From positions 26,912,336 to 26,949,863 of the forward strand of contig NC_068983.1 of the NCBI RefSeq assembly GCF_001194135.2: 37,528 bases of DNA, in the 5' to 3' direction. The position numbers were made by a program, and so were the translations under genes. Position 1 is the stretch's first letter. Each line of letters begins with the position of its first letter. Below are positions 23,926 to 35,408 of the stretch, piece by piece. The DNA is from Octopus bimaculoides. Taxonomy: Eukaryota. Under the pieces are notes generated by a model, which was not told the origin of the DNA, ran no database searches, and worked only from the letters and a program-made list of their open reading frames with translations.

Positions 23926-24780
23926 CCCACATATATAAATACATACATAAATATGTGACTCTGTGTGCGTGTGTGTGTACAGTGATGGATTCGAGAGTTT
24001 CTTTTATGTACAAGTTGGTTTCTAAATTTCACCGTAGTATAAATATCTATAATAGTGAGACACTTCTCAAATTATATGGAATATATTTTATAAGTATTTC
24101 CTTTTGTTCACATTTTTTCAGATGAATCGACACTCGTCTACATGTGTGTAGATCATAGTGTGCGCGTAGACATGTGTGGGTGCATACATGCATACATACA
24201 TACTATGTAACTGTGTGCGCGTGTGGGTGTGTGTATGTTGTGTGTAATGTGATGGATTCGAGGGTTTCGCTTATTGAAGAGTTGATTTCTTATTTTCACC
24301 GAAGTATAGGTACCTATAATGGTGATACTTAAACGTTAATCCAATTCAATTAAGAGGCATTGGTGAGCAAAGCATTGTAAATTGCAAAAACCTTTATCTG
24401 CGCGCAGGATGTGCCTCGTCCCTAATTCCTTTGCCACTGGTATCATTCTTTTTATAATGATGCGTATTGAAAGGCACGGGCTTTAAACATGAACTTGCTA
24501 GTGAGATATATCAGAAGATGTTTAGGATATTCATTTTTTTTCCTATACTATTTTTGTAAATTTCGCTGCTGCTAAAGTCTATGATGGCAAAGGTAGCAAA
24601 AAGAAGTTTCGTGTTATATTTAGCGCCGTAAATATATAATGGCAACATATTCATAGAGTGTTATAAACTATAAAAGTAAGCTATTAGAAATCATGGTTTT
24701 GTCACACAAACATAAAAGTAACATGTGGATCACAGGTATTCAATGTGAGCCAAGTTATTTCACGTTTTAGCGAAATACTA

Positions 24781-24916
24781 ATTTGCAATCTAGGCACAAG
24801 ACTAGTGATTTTGAGGGAAAAGCTTTAGTCATTTATATCGATTCGAGTACGTGATTATTACGCATATTTTATCGGCCACGCAAGGAGAAATGGCAAAGTC
24901 GACCTCGGCAACATTT
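24781..24916 (-). mobile_element. 3' part of a SINE, same family as 29704-29915, diverged
   Basis: Reverse complement contains GTTGCCGAGGTCGACTTTGCCATTTC...GATAAAAT...CTCAAAATCACTAGTCTTGTGCCTAGA, matching 29788-29905. Confidence 0.75.
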
Positions 24917-26036
24917 TGAGTAGATTTCTGCGATGGAAAGGAGAAACACAATTTTTAGGAAGTGCTCTTCATGTAAAAAATAGGAAACTGCAAATAAAAT
25001 CTCTTCATGACATTTCTTTAGAATTTTCAATGTTGTTAAATTTCAGCAAAATATGATATAGCATTTTAGTGGATGGCTGTCAGCTTCTCTACATGAGTTC
25101 AATAGCTGTAAGATTGAAATGGAGCACGTACATTACATAAAACTAAGTCAAGCGTTATATGGACAGTAAACCAGACAGAATTAATGTTTTCACTTTTGTT
25201 TAATCTCAGTATTATTTCATAAAATTCTTGCGAAAAAAAGCAAATCATACATATGAAATAATGATATTAAACGACTAAAAAAAAATACGTGAAGTAATTT
25301 TTTTACAAATGCATTGAAACATTGAAAATACAGCGGATATTAGGAAAGAATAGATAGTCAAAAGAAGTGGAGGAAAAAAAGGTGACGTAAATGTAAATAT
25401 ACATGAAAAACATATTTTGTAATAGAATAGGATTAAAGAAGTAGATGACAAATCTTCAGGAGAATATTAGAAATGGCACTGATATATTGATAAAAGTAAA
25501 ATCAAATATACTATACCTAAACGTTATCAGGATTATAGCGGACATATTGGCAAATACTGGAAGATAATGAAGTAAAATAAAAAGGATAAAACTTGTCTTC
25601 ATAATTACTCTGTTTTATTTTTGGTTCTTTGGCACAAATATTGACGAAAGTAAATGCAAAAACGGATATTGTGTATAGGTTATATAAGTAAGCTAATGGA
25701 AAACACAGTATAAGATTATTAATAATTAGAAAAAATACTAAACTCTGCTGAGCAACATATGTTATCAAAAGACCTAAACCAGCGAGTGTTTGCATTATTT
25801 TTTAATGACAAAGAATTATGGCTCGATTCCACTTATTATCAGTTACGCAAACATTTGGAGATTTTGCATGTCTCTCGAAAGTATTTAGTCGAGTAATTTG
25901 TAATTACTCATTATTTGCAATTTCTAATTAGGCTCAGGAGTAACTAACATTCTATAAAACAAACATATAAGTCATTATCAACTTTAGCAGAAATCCTTGC
26001 TCATTCTAAAGGAAAGCACATGTGCGCGTTTATATT

Positions 26037-26070
<34 letters not shown>

Positions 26071-26078
26071 TCGCTCTT

Positions 26079-26114
<36 letters not shown>

Positions 26115-26802
26115 NNNNNNNNNNNNNNNNNNNNNNNNNNNNNNNNNNNNNNNNNNNNNNNNNNNNNNNNNNNNNNNNNNNNNNNNNNNNNNNNNNNNNN
26201 NNNNNNNNNNNNNNNNNNNNNNNNNNNNNNNNNNNNNNNNNNNNNNNNNNNNNNNNNNNNNNNNNNNNNNNNNNNNNNNNNNNNNNNNNNNNNNNNNNNN
26301 NNNNNNNNNNNNNNNNNNNNNNNNNNNNNNNNNNNNNNNNNNNNNNNNNNNNNNNNNNNNNNNNNNNNNNNNNNNNNNNNNNNNNNNNNNNNNNNNNNNN
26401 NNNNNNNNNNNNNNNNNNNNNNNNNNNNNNNNNNNNNNNNNNNNNNNNNNNNNNNNNNNNNNNNNNNNNNNNNNNNNNNNNNNNNNNNNNNNNNNNNNNN
26501 NNNNNNNNNNNNNNNNNNNNNNNNNNNNNNNNNNNNNNNNNNNNNNNNNNNNNNNNNNNNNNNNNNNNNNNNNNNNNNNNNNNNNNNNNNNNNNNNNNNN
26601 NNNNNNNNNNNNNNNNNNNNNNNNNNNNNNNNNNNNNNNNNNNNNNNNNNNNNNNNNNNNNNNNNNNNNNNNNNNNNNNNNNNNNNNNNNNNNNNNNNNN
26701 NNNNNNNNNNNNNNNNNNNNNNNNNNNNNNNNNNNNNNNNNNNNNNNNNNNNNNNNNNNNNNNNNNNNNNNNNNNNNNNNNNNNNNNNNNNNNNNNNNNN
26801 NN
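26115..26802. other. Assembly gap (N run)
   Basis: N run flanked by (CT)n(TA)n and (TA)n. Confidence 0.99.
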
Positions 26803-26829
26803 ATATATATATATATATATATATATATA

Positions 26830-27170
26830 ATAACAAAATATGAACTCCTGTTGAAATCTACGTACCATGGACAAGAAGCATTTCTACCCATTCTACTCAC
26901 CACTTTTCTTGGATAATGGAACTGCGACTGTAGCATCTTACATATATTTTCACTCTTATTATTATTCTCTTATTTCCCTTTATACTTCCTATATCCATCC
27001 TTTTCCAAAACAACTCCCTATATTGAACTCTGCTATTTCTTTCTAGTTAACTCTCTCATATTGTCTCTGATGAAGGGATATCCTTAATATCCCAGAAACA
27101 GTTGCAAGCCTACCTTTCTCTTTATACATGTCCTCTAAATTGCACACATCCTTGGCTTTGCTTTCTGACT
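26830..27170 (+). mobile_element. Probable PLE pseudo-LTR / 3' segment carrying a hammerhead
   Basis: Pyrimidine-rich segment leading into the hammerhead at 27063-27110. No coding motif seen. Confidence 0.45.
27063..27110 (+). ncRNA. Degenerate type I hammerhead
   Basis: GTCT-CTGATGA-A-GGGATAT(cctta)ATATCCC-A-GAAA-CAGTTG-CA-AGCC. Intact core and 7-bp stem II. Stem III, cleavage site and stem I each carry one substitution relative to an inferred ACAGCTGT-A-AGAC. Confidence 0.75.
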
Positions 27171-27648
27171 ACGGCCGCGTGGCTGAAACGAGTAAAAGAG
27201 AATGTATAGACCTATGTATATACGTATGTATGTATGTACGTATAAGGTGCCTTGAGAAAAGAACACCACATATTGCCGTTCAACATTTCCAAAAGTTTTA
27301 CTAATTGTAGGCATCCCAGGAATTCCGTTGTGTTTTTATTGTACTTGCAACAGTTTTTATTTTCTTCCTGCTAATACAAATTCAGATGTAGGAGTAATGC
27401 GTGGATGTGGATCGTGAGCAGATATGTGCATTTGTTTGGACTTGTCTTAGTTTTGGAATGTTCGGAGGATTAAGTAGCTGTTAGCTGGATTTCTCTTGAT
27501 TCTTCGTATGCGAGTTTTCCTTTTCTTGCTGTAGTGAAGTTGGTCGTTGTTGTTCTTCTCTACGTCCGATGTGGAATTTATATTGTATGTTTTATTGTTT
27601 TTTTCTTCATTTTCTTCATTTATCTTTCATTTTCTCTCTTTTGATCAG

Positions 27649-27690
27649 CAGTTATATTGTTGCAAGACTCCAATATGGATGCAGACAAGG
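27649..27690 (+). CDS. Candidate micro-exon (42 or 39 nt) of an unidentified host gene
   Basis: Long polypyrimidine tract plus tandem CAGCAG acceptor; donor GG|GTACGT. Open in phase 1-1: (x)VILLQDSNMDADK(G). No homology recognised. Confidence 0.3.
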
Positions 27691-28087
27691 GTACGTTTTG
27701 TTGTGAATTTATTTATGCCTGTGGATGTAAGAAGGTGAGTAATAAGTGCAAAAGAGAAAATAGTGCTATTGTGGTGTTCATTTTAATTAAATTATTAATT
27801 TTCGCGAATTCGATTGCTACTGTGTTTTACACACCGCTTCCCATAACTCATTTAAAAGTTTCAGGTTTGTTTTCTTTGTTCACGGCAACGAGGTCTCAAG
27901 CCTCTGAAATTTCCATTTGATGCCCAGCTTCACAAGCTGATGCGAAGTACTGCTCTTATAACAGGAAGGATTTTTTGACATCTACTTCTAGAATCAAGCA
28001 CGAAATAATTTAGTGTTAGACACTTTCAACGGTGATGCTCTAACATCATTGCATTTGCTACGCACCCTGGTTACAGCAAGTCTTGCT

Positions 28088-28175
28088 CACCTCTCTCTCT
28101 TCCTCTCTCTTCCCACATCTCTCTCCCTCTCTCTCTCTCTCTCTCTATCTCTCTGTCTGTCTGTCTGTATGTCTG

Positions 28176-28226
<51 letters not shown>
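28088..28226. repeat. (CT)n/(CTGT)n compound microsatellite
   Basis: Directly visible. Confidence 0.96.
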
Positions 28227-28227
<1 letters not shown>

Positions 28228-29703
28228 CCTCTGTTTCTTTTTGTCTATTTTTCTCTATTGTTATATGTTCTATTTTATGTTCTCAGTGAAGAAACTTGTC
28301 TTCTCTATCACGAATTAAATGAGATCACTTCCCTCCACCTCGAATCTCACAGTATATTCTCCCACCGGTGACAGAGTATAAACCTAGAATGAGTGTAAAC
28401 TTCAAAGGTAAAAACGATTTGCAAATGCATGCTTAACACCAGGACTGAATCCCTTCATCTTGCTTGAATGGGAAAAGGAAACACTGTGACCTTCACAAAA
28501 GACAGTCATGTTGCCTTCCTCGCCTCAATCTCTCTTATAATGCTATGTAAGAAGTTGAAACTTCTCACGTGCAGAAACACCTGCCAGACATTTCTTCTCT
28601 GAAGAAAATTTATTTATTGTTTTGAAAACGCGTTAGTGAACATTCCATTCTTCATGTATTTTCATTTAGCTTTAATGTATGCATGTGTAATACTGTTTCG
28701 TTGTTATTAACAGCATTTCTACTCCATACATTTATATATCTTAACGTATTAGTATATCCTTTCCGATCGCGACTATTCAATTTTCAGGGCTTACAGTAGC
28801 ATTCGAGAGTCACTTTGATAGATAGATATGTAAATATCTACATATATGTATATGTACATCTGTGTATAACTTGACTGTAAAAGAGCTGCATTTAATATTA
28901 TACTGTACAATAAACTTTTCTCTACTTGTTCTATTATTTATCGAGATAATATAAGTGATTTTCCTGATTATAATCAGAGCGAAAACAAATATACATAATA
29001 TACACTGAACAACGAAACAGTTACAATGACAGACAGGGCAAGGAGACTTAATGAAGCAGTAGAGAGCTACTATAAATAGACGTTTGAAGATTAAACCTGG
29101 CATTAACGGAATTATATTGTGGGGAAAGCTGTAAATGGTAAATTATGCAGTGGGTCAGACGTATCGATAGGAAATAACCATTCACTTAAAGTAGTTCAGC
29201 AGGTTTCTACGATTTCATCTGTGAGAATGAATAACACTAGTTAATGTTGCTACTATTTATGTTTCTGTGGTTATTGTAAGTATTGATGTGAATGAAGTTA
29301 CTAATGCGTCAATTGCTACTTTTGGATGTATCGAGTTTTTCTTCACGACGTGGAAGATATTAAAAGCTCTGTTCGACTGATGTTATATACAACATTGTAT
29401 TAAATGAGCGGCATCTTCAAATACATCAGAACTTATTGTGTAAAATAGATATGGAATTCTTGTTTTTATTTCTCCACCAACTCCCGATATTTCAATAGAA
29501 ACTTCAGATAAAAAAAAGTAGTGTCCGCTCCTACTATATTTCATTCACTTGGGAAATGATCAAACACATACGTATGGATTGATTCTATTTTAACATTTCA
29601 AGTTTCCTATAACCTTCTTTCTATACGATACGCAATTTCTCTTCTAGAGTTGACCTCTAACTCACTCATCATCAATGCGGTATTTAATATATAATGATAG
29701 AAA

Positions 29704-29915
29704 GGCGATGAACTGGCAGAAATGTTAGCACGCCGGGCGAAATGCTTAGCGGTATTTCGTCTGTCTTTACGTTCTGAGTTCAAATTCTGCCGAGGTCGAC
29801 TTTGCCTTTCATCCTTTCGGGGTTGATAAATTAAGTACACTTTGCGTACTAGGGTTGCTCTAATCGACTGGCTTCTCCCCCAAAATTTCAGATCTTGTGT
29901 CTAGAGTAGAAAATA
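29704..29915 (+). mobile_element. Near full-length tRNA-derived SINE
   Basis: A-box-like TGGCAGAAATGTTAG and B-box-like GAGTTCAAATTC; partial copies at 22145 and 24781. Confidence 0.9.
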
Positions 29916-30196
29916 ATATATAAGGATAGACTTAATGTATTCAATATGCATCCAATATGACTCTTATCGATGTGCTGTGAAATCTAGTGAAAAATTATGC
30001 AGAGCGGAGAGGTCTGCGTTATTCAGCGCCATCACAATTGTCTGAGGCGGGCATAGTAACGTGGCTTACACACATCGTGGGACCACTTATCCGCTACATT
30101 AATTTTGTATTTGAAAGCAAATTTATATGTATCGGAAATAATGCAGTAATATTGGGAAATATGTATGTGGAGTAAAATATTTTACTCTTATTTCAG

Positions 30197-30226
30197 CTCC
30201 TCGGGATACACCATGTGTGATCACTT
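30197..30226 (+). CDS. Candidate 30-nt micro-exon
   Basis: Acceptor TTACTCTTATTTCAG, donor TT|GTGAGT. Phase 1-1 reading (x)PRDTPCVIT. Confidence 0.35.
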
Positions 30227-31130
30227 GTGAGTAGGATGCTATTTAGTGTTTAAAAAATGCATGTGATGGAATCTATTGTTCAGGTATATTATTGATATGT
30301 CTTTAGTTAAAGGCGAAAATTTACACGATGTCTCCTTTATTCACGGCGTATTTTGCTTTCATATTTCAAGAATCATTAGTACAACACTGTAAGAGTTCCC
30401 TCCTTCTTCAGCATTTTACAGAATTCGGCAATTTTTGTTCAGTTTTTACATGACTATTTCGTATACGAAATCAGTATTCATTTATTTATTGCGTGATTTA
30501 GTGTTTCCTTAATCTCGATTTTCTTTTCCCGGAATATTTCTTATCGAATTTGGAAATTTTCTACAGAATTAAGGAAAAACTTCTGTAATTGATTTTAAAA
30601 GATTTCTGTTTCATTTCTGTACTTACCAAACAGTTGCTATCACATTCATACAAATACAATATGATCAATAATCAGCGTTCAAGTATAGCATTCTGTCACC
30701 AAGACATAAACTACTGCTAGATATAATGTGTCAGATGAATCAAATCTGAAAGAGGTCATAAATTGCTAGTTCAGCCATGCCAATATTTTAAGTGGACACC
30801 ACATGTGCATATTTTGGTCTGAGTAAATCTAATATAATTAAAATACATATGCCTGAAACGAACTTGATGCTATGCTGTCCTAGGACAATTTTGTATACTT
30901 CATATTCTATAAATTTGTAAATGCAAGCGAGAAATAGTATTGTCGAGAAGAAACAAATAGGTGATGTGAAGATATACATGTTATATTTACATGAGTATAT
31001 TCGAGATTTATTGATTCTGTATATTTAGGAACCAGAAGCATTGTCTGTACCCAAAGAGCTAACTGGCTGAAAATGCAAAATACGTCAAGAAGCACCTTTC
31101 CATACACTGACAGAGGAGATAAGCACCTCG

Positions 31131-31166
<36 letters not shown>

Positions 31167-31299
31167 GTTACCCCCCCCCCTGTCAGTCTATGGAAATATG
31201 CTACTTTCCGGCTCTAAGGGTTTTAAACTCTTATTTCTAGCAATGTCGGTGCAATTGTGCACCATCAGTCACAGTTAGTGATTACTGGATTTTTCCTTT

Positions 31300-32222
31300 T
31301 TGGTTTCATTGGCGCTAGTGAAACTGCAGAAATTCTCCGACAATCATATTGGACTTTTTTCTGGGGATATGGTAAGGATTCAAATCCTGCTGCTACACTT
31401 ACGGCCTACCAGCAGGAACTGCCTCAAGGCAGAGTCTGACAACAATGTCCGGCAACTTCAAATTAGTCTTGAATTGAGCCTAAGACTTTGTTGAAAGGTG
31501 TGGATCCGATTGACATCTCCCTCACTGGAAACGCATACATAGATCATCATGATTTAAAGGAATTTTGTTTCCATAATACGTGCAACATCAATTAAATTAT
31601 AGTTAAGACATATGTTCTTCTGGGTGTAGTGTAACTGCTTTTGGCATAAGTTCTTTTTATCTGAGAATAACCAGCGCAAATTCAGGTCAGCACGATGCTT
31701 CAGCATTCTCATCATTTTTTTTGCATCCATTAAGCGGGTCCTCTTGGAAACGACTGTTAGAATTCGTTCCTCACGGATCTTCTACGAATATTAGCGAAGT
31801 ACATCCTCTATGGATGTCTAGATTCCCTTGCTCGGACTTTCCACCACCTTATCCTGCAATTCGTGGATGAATTACTGCTTGAAAATGCATTCATAAAGCC
31901 TGATGTGTACTTTCCAGTTGGCCATGATTTTCTGTTAATGTCACATTGCAGCTGTCCATGTCAAGTCTTGGGGCGTTTGCAGTCCACGAAGAATAGAGCA
32001 CCAGTCAGAAAGTCGGTATTTTGTTACTCAGTGCGATTCATTATTGTTCAAGAAACACGCTTCCGGTTTTGAGATATAATCCTGTCCTCTATATCAGCCG
32101 ACATTTTCTCGCCTCCAAAATTAAAATTTATTCTCCTTGACGACGTTGATTGTCCTCTAATAGCTGAAACTGTTCCTGAAAAACGAGACATGAATATGGT
32201 CAAATTTATCACAAACACCCTT
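31300..32222 (-). mobile_element. Decayed Tc1/mariner element, probably DD37D (maT); 3' end missing
   Basis: Minus strand: TIR-like (A)GGGTGTTT near 32222; FIHELQDKVVESPSKGI (HTH region); LKHRADLNLRWLFSDKKN (first D); VSSEGDV..HTFQQSLRLNS; AGRP*V*QQD (second D); RKSPI*LSENFCSFTSAN. The 37-residue spacing is inferred by joining to the 21843 fragment. Confidence 0.8.
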
Positions 32223-32223
32223 T

Positions 32224-32224
<1 letters not shown>

Positions 32225-32265
<41 letters not shown>
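32225..32265. repeat. (GATA)n microsatellite
   Basis: Directly visible; lies at the junction of two decayed elements. Confidence 0.97.
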
Positions 32266-32269
32266 CCTA

Positions 32270-32545
32270 TCAGCTCACTATTGGTCTTAATGGAATATCA
32301 TCCTTGTGAATCTTTGGAAGACCGTACATGTGTGGAAGTTTACTGTAGTGTTGAGTCAGTTTTCTGTACTTCATTTGTGTAAAGTGATCCTTGTTCTTGA
32401 TCAAGGCCGGTAACAACTTACTCTTTGTTTTAAGAGTTGTGTCTTTACTTTACTGTAGCTACCGTCACTTATAAGACTTGCCAATTTTTCCTAGTCGTCA
32501 GACTTGTTCATCACCACTGTAGCATTTTTCTTGTCCGCTCACAAA
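32270..32545 (-). mobile_element. Penelope-like RT fragment (second family)
   Basis: ADKKNATVVMNKSDD*EKLASLISDGSYSKVK /frameshift/ TTLKTKSKLLPALIKNKDHFTQMKYRKLTQHYSKLPHMYGLPKIHKDDIPLRPIVS: ADKGN..VVM and YGLPKIHK..IPLRPIVS PLE RT motifs. Confidence 0.9.
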
Positions 32546-33359
32546 GCGGTATCAAATGCATAGCAATTGCGATGGTGATTATTCAAATACTATCCATTCA
32601 GTTTTACTTTCACTGAACTGTCGTTTCCTGACTGCGACACCTTGATAAATTTTTAATTACTTTTGATAAAAGAAATAATATGCATAAGACTGAAACTTTG
32701 CCAGATCTTGCATTTTGTTCATTAGTTTTGGTTTCATTATTTTTTCTTATGCAAAAGAACTTTGTAGGAGATTAACTGGATTAGGAATTATCATGTCCGT
32801 GCTTACGTCGCTATAAGATATTTTCCTTATTGCTATTACTAGTAATGTAATGACTACAGAAATGTGCTAGTTTACTTAAACTAACACGTAGTGTCAACCA
32901 AAGATTCCATTCCAACTACACTGTTGCGATTTTCAAACACTGAGAAAATAAACAGTATCTTGTCTTTGATGACAATAATAATATCATTGTTACGTAGTGG
33001 GGGTGTTGTCTTCAGTCCTCAGTATTTTGTTGTGACGAAATATTCCGGTAGAAAAATAAATCGAGGATATTTCTCTCGCTTATTTGTTCCCAATTCTTTA
33101 TCATTTAAGTTAAATTGAAAAGAAACTGTTTAACTGAATATATTAAAATATGAAAAATATGGTAAATTGCAAGGCATCAGCTATTTCTGATTGTAATACT
33201 ATGTATTACACGTATTACTTTTAGTACAAGAAATTGCTTACATTTTCGTATACATCTAGTGAATTAGATATGTAATATATCAATGAAGTTGGTTGAGTAA
33301 AATTGTGTATCAATTCACTTTATAGTCATCCTGTTAATGTTTGATTAAACAGTAAACTA

Positions 33360-33722
33360 TTTACATTATTTACATTTGACGGATATTTGTCCCCATCTTT
33401 TTGTTGTTAACACAATGTTTCGGCTGATATACCCAACAGCCTTCATCAGGTGTATTGGAGAAATTTCGAACCTGGTTTCTCATTCCTAAGGTATTTTCTA
33501 TGTTATTATTATTATTATTATTCAGGTCGCTGCTTGGAATCGAACTCTGAATCTTGCGGTTAAGAGCGCGGGTTTCTAACCCCGATATTCCGAGTTCGAT
33601 TCCAAGCAGTGACCTGAAAAATAATAATAATAATAATAATAATAATATTAATAATAATAATAATAATAATAACATCGAAAAATATCTTAGGAATGAGAAC
33701 CCATGTTCGAAATTTGCCAAGA
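33360..33722. mobile_element. tRNA-headed SINE-like element with a PLE-type hammerhead tail, present as a head-to-head inverted pair
   Basis: + arm: GGTTAAGAGCGCGGG..CTAACCCC...GAGTTCGATTCC (B box 33592-33603), then (TAA)n and AACATCGAAAAATATCTTAGGAATGAGAACCCATGTTCGAAATTT. - arm (33562 to 33360): the same B box, (TAA)n and body, continuing into a hammerhead and a tail homologous to 13080-13180. Confidence 0.85.
33410..33453 (-). ncRNA. Minimal type I hammerhead, intact core
   Basis: ACAC-CTGATGA-A-GGCTG(ttgggtatat)CAGCC-GAAA-CA-TT-GTGT. Stem III ACAT is a CpG-decay variant of the palindromic ACGT seen in the 13127 copy. Confidence 0.85.
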
Positions 33723-34494
33723 AAATTTGCAAAATTGTCTCACAAATTAAATCAAATACATAATTGTATATTTATGAAAAAAATACGTATTTATAAAAAA
33801 AATACGTATTTATGAAAAAATTCAAATTGTTTTAATAACATTTAATTTATCTAAAAGAGAAAGTAAAACAGAGATATATTTTAATGTACTATAAAAATAA
33901 TGATATTTTCTGGCTACATGTGAAGAACATTCGAGAAAATATGAAGAAGACTTATGAAACATAACTTTAGGGGACAGACACAATTAAAAATAATTATTGC
34001 TAGATGAACAGCTGATGAAATATAAACTTAGCAATGCGAATAGACGAGACTAATTTTATTAAAATTGATCATTTCTCTTGTAGAAACTAAAGAAGAAAAC
34101 AATATATATATGGCAGCTTAAGTAAAAAAAATGGAGTTATGTAAGCTCAACAATTTCTTGGAATGACTATAATGTTAATAGTGATATATAAAATCAAGTT
34201 CACCAATTAATAAATATGCATTGTTAAGATGATCGTCAATGTGGAAAAAGAAATCAAACCATGGACTCAGCTTAATTCAATTAATCATTAAAAGGTGGCT
34301 GAATAATCGGCATGACATTTAACGGGAGCTACGACACTAGTCACAGGATGCTGGACAAAGAAAGCATTAATGCTTCCAAAAGAATGGTCTCCGGTTCAAT
34401 TACATACGTATCAATTAGGGTTTAGCGGGAATTACCAATACAAGATCTGTTTTGTAAACTGCTAAATTAACGTTGATAGAACATATAAAAAATG

Positions 34495-35408
34495 CCCCTG
34501 TCAAGGACCTTTTCTATCCCTCGATTAAAGACCACCATTCAGAGAGATCTACATAAAACCACTCGAGAACTGGCAAAAGGATTTGAAGTTAGCCAGAAAA
34601 CTGCCAGCAACCACTGGCATGTGATCATCACAAAATTTCGACAAATCCGTACCAATCGAGATGAATGGAGATCAGAAAATGTACAGATATAAAATTTACT
34701 CGTCCCTTCTTCTCCGTAACCAGACTGATCCATTTCTCGACAGTATTATAACTTGTGATGAAAAGTGAATTGTGAACAATAATAAACAAAAACCGTTCTT
34801 CGCAGTGGCTGGACCAAAATGAAGCATCGAAAACCTTCCCTAAACCCGAGCACTTCAAAAAGAAGGTTATGGTGACTGTTTGTTGGTGTACAGCTGGATT
34901 TATTCACTATAATACCTTAAAATTTGGAAAAACCATTACTGCAGAAACATATTGCCATAAAATTGTCAAAATGAACGAAAACCTGCTAATCCTCCGTACC
35001 AAACTAGTAAACAGAAAAGGGTCAACCATTCTTCATGACAATTACCGACTACACATTTTGCTATTGACGCTCCAGAGGTTGAGGGAACTTGTCTACGAAG
35101 TTCTTCCACAACCAGGTTATTCCCCAGACCTTTCTTCTACCGACTATCACTTTTTCAAGGATCTTGATGGTTTTCCCTCGAGAGAAGGAGTTCCAAAACA
35201 AACCGATGCTGAAAGTTCTTTCAAAGAGTTCATCAGCTCCAGCACTGAAGATTTTTATGTTACTAGAATAAACAAACTTGTATCACCCTGGTAAAAATGT
35301 GTTGCTTGTAACAGTACTTATTTCGATGAATAACATTTCCGCATGATTGAATATAGTGTGATGTATTTCATATTTCTAAACGTTGCTTACTTTTTACTCG
35401 GCCTGATA
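34495..35408 (+). mobile_element. Mariner (D,D34D; Hsmar1/cecropia-like) transposon, 5'-truncated pseudogene
   Basis: TTRELAKGFEVSQKT (HTH); PFLDSIITCDEK* (first D at 34757); KKVMVTVCW; LHDN...YSPDLSSTDYHFF with exactly 34 residues between the Ds; ends STYFDE* (35333). Right TIR-like TTACTTTTTACTCGGCCTGA followed by TA (35407-35408). Confidence 0.93.

Noticed and set aside
33555-33615. tRNA gene
   Set aside because: Only A/B-box-like remnants without an acceptor stem; it is a SINE head.
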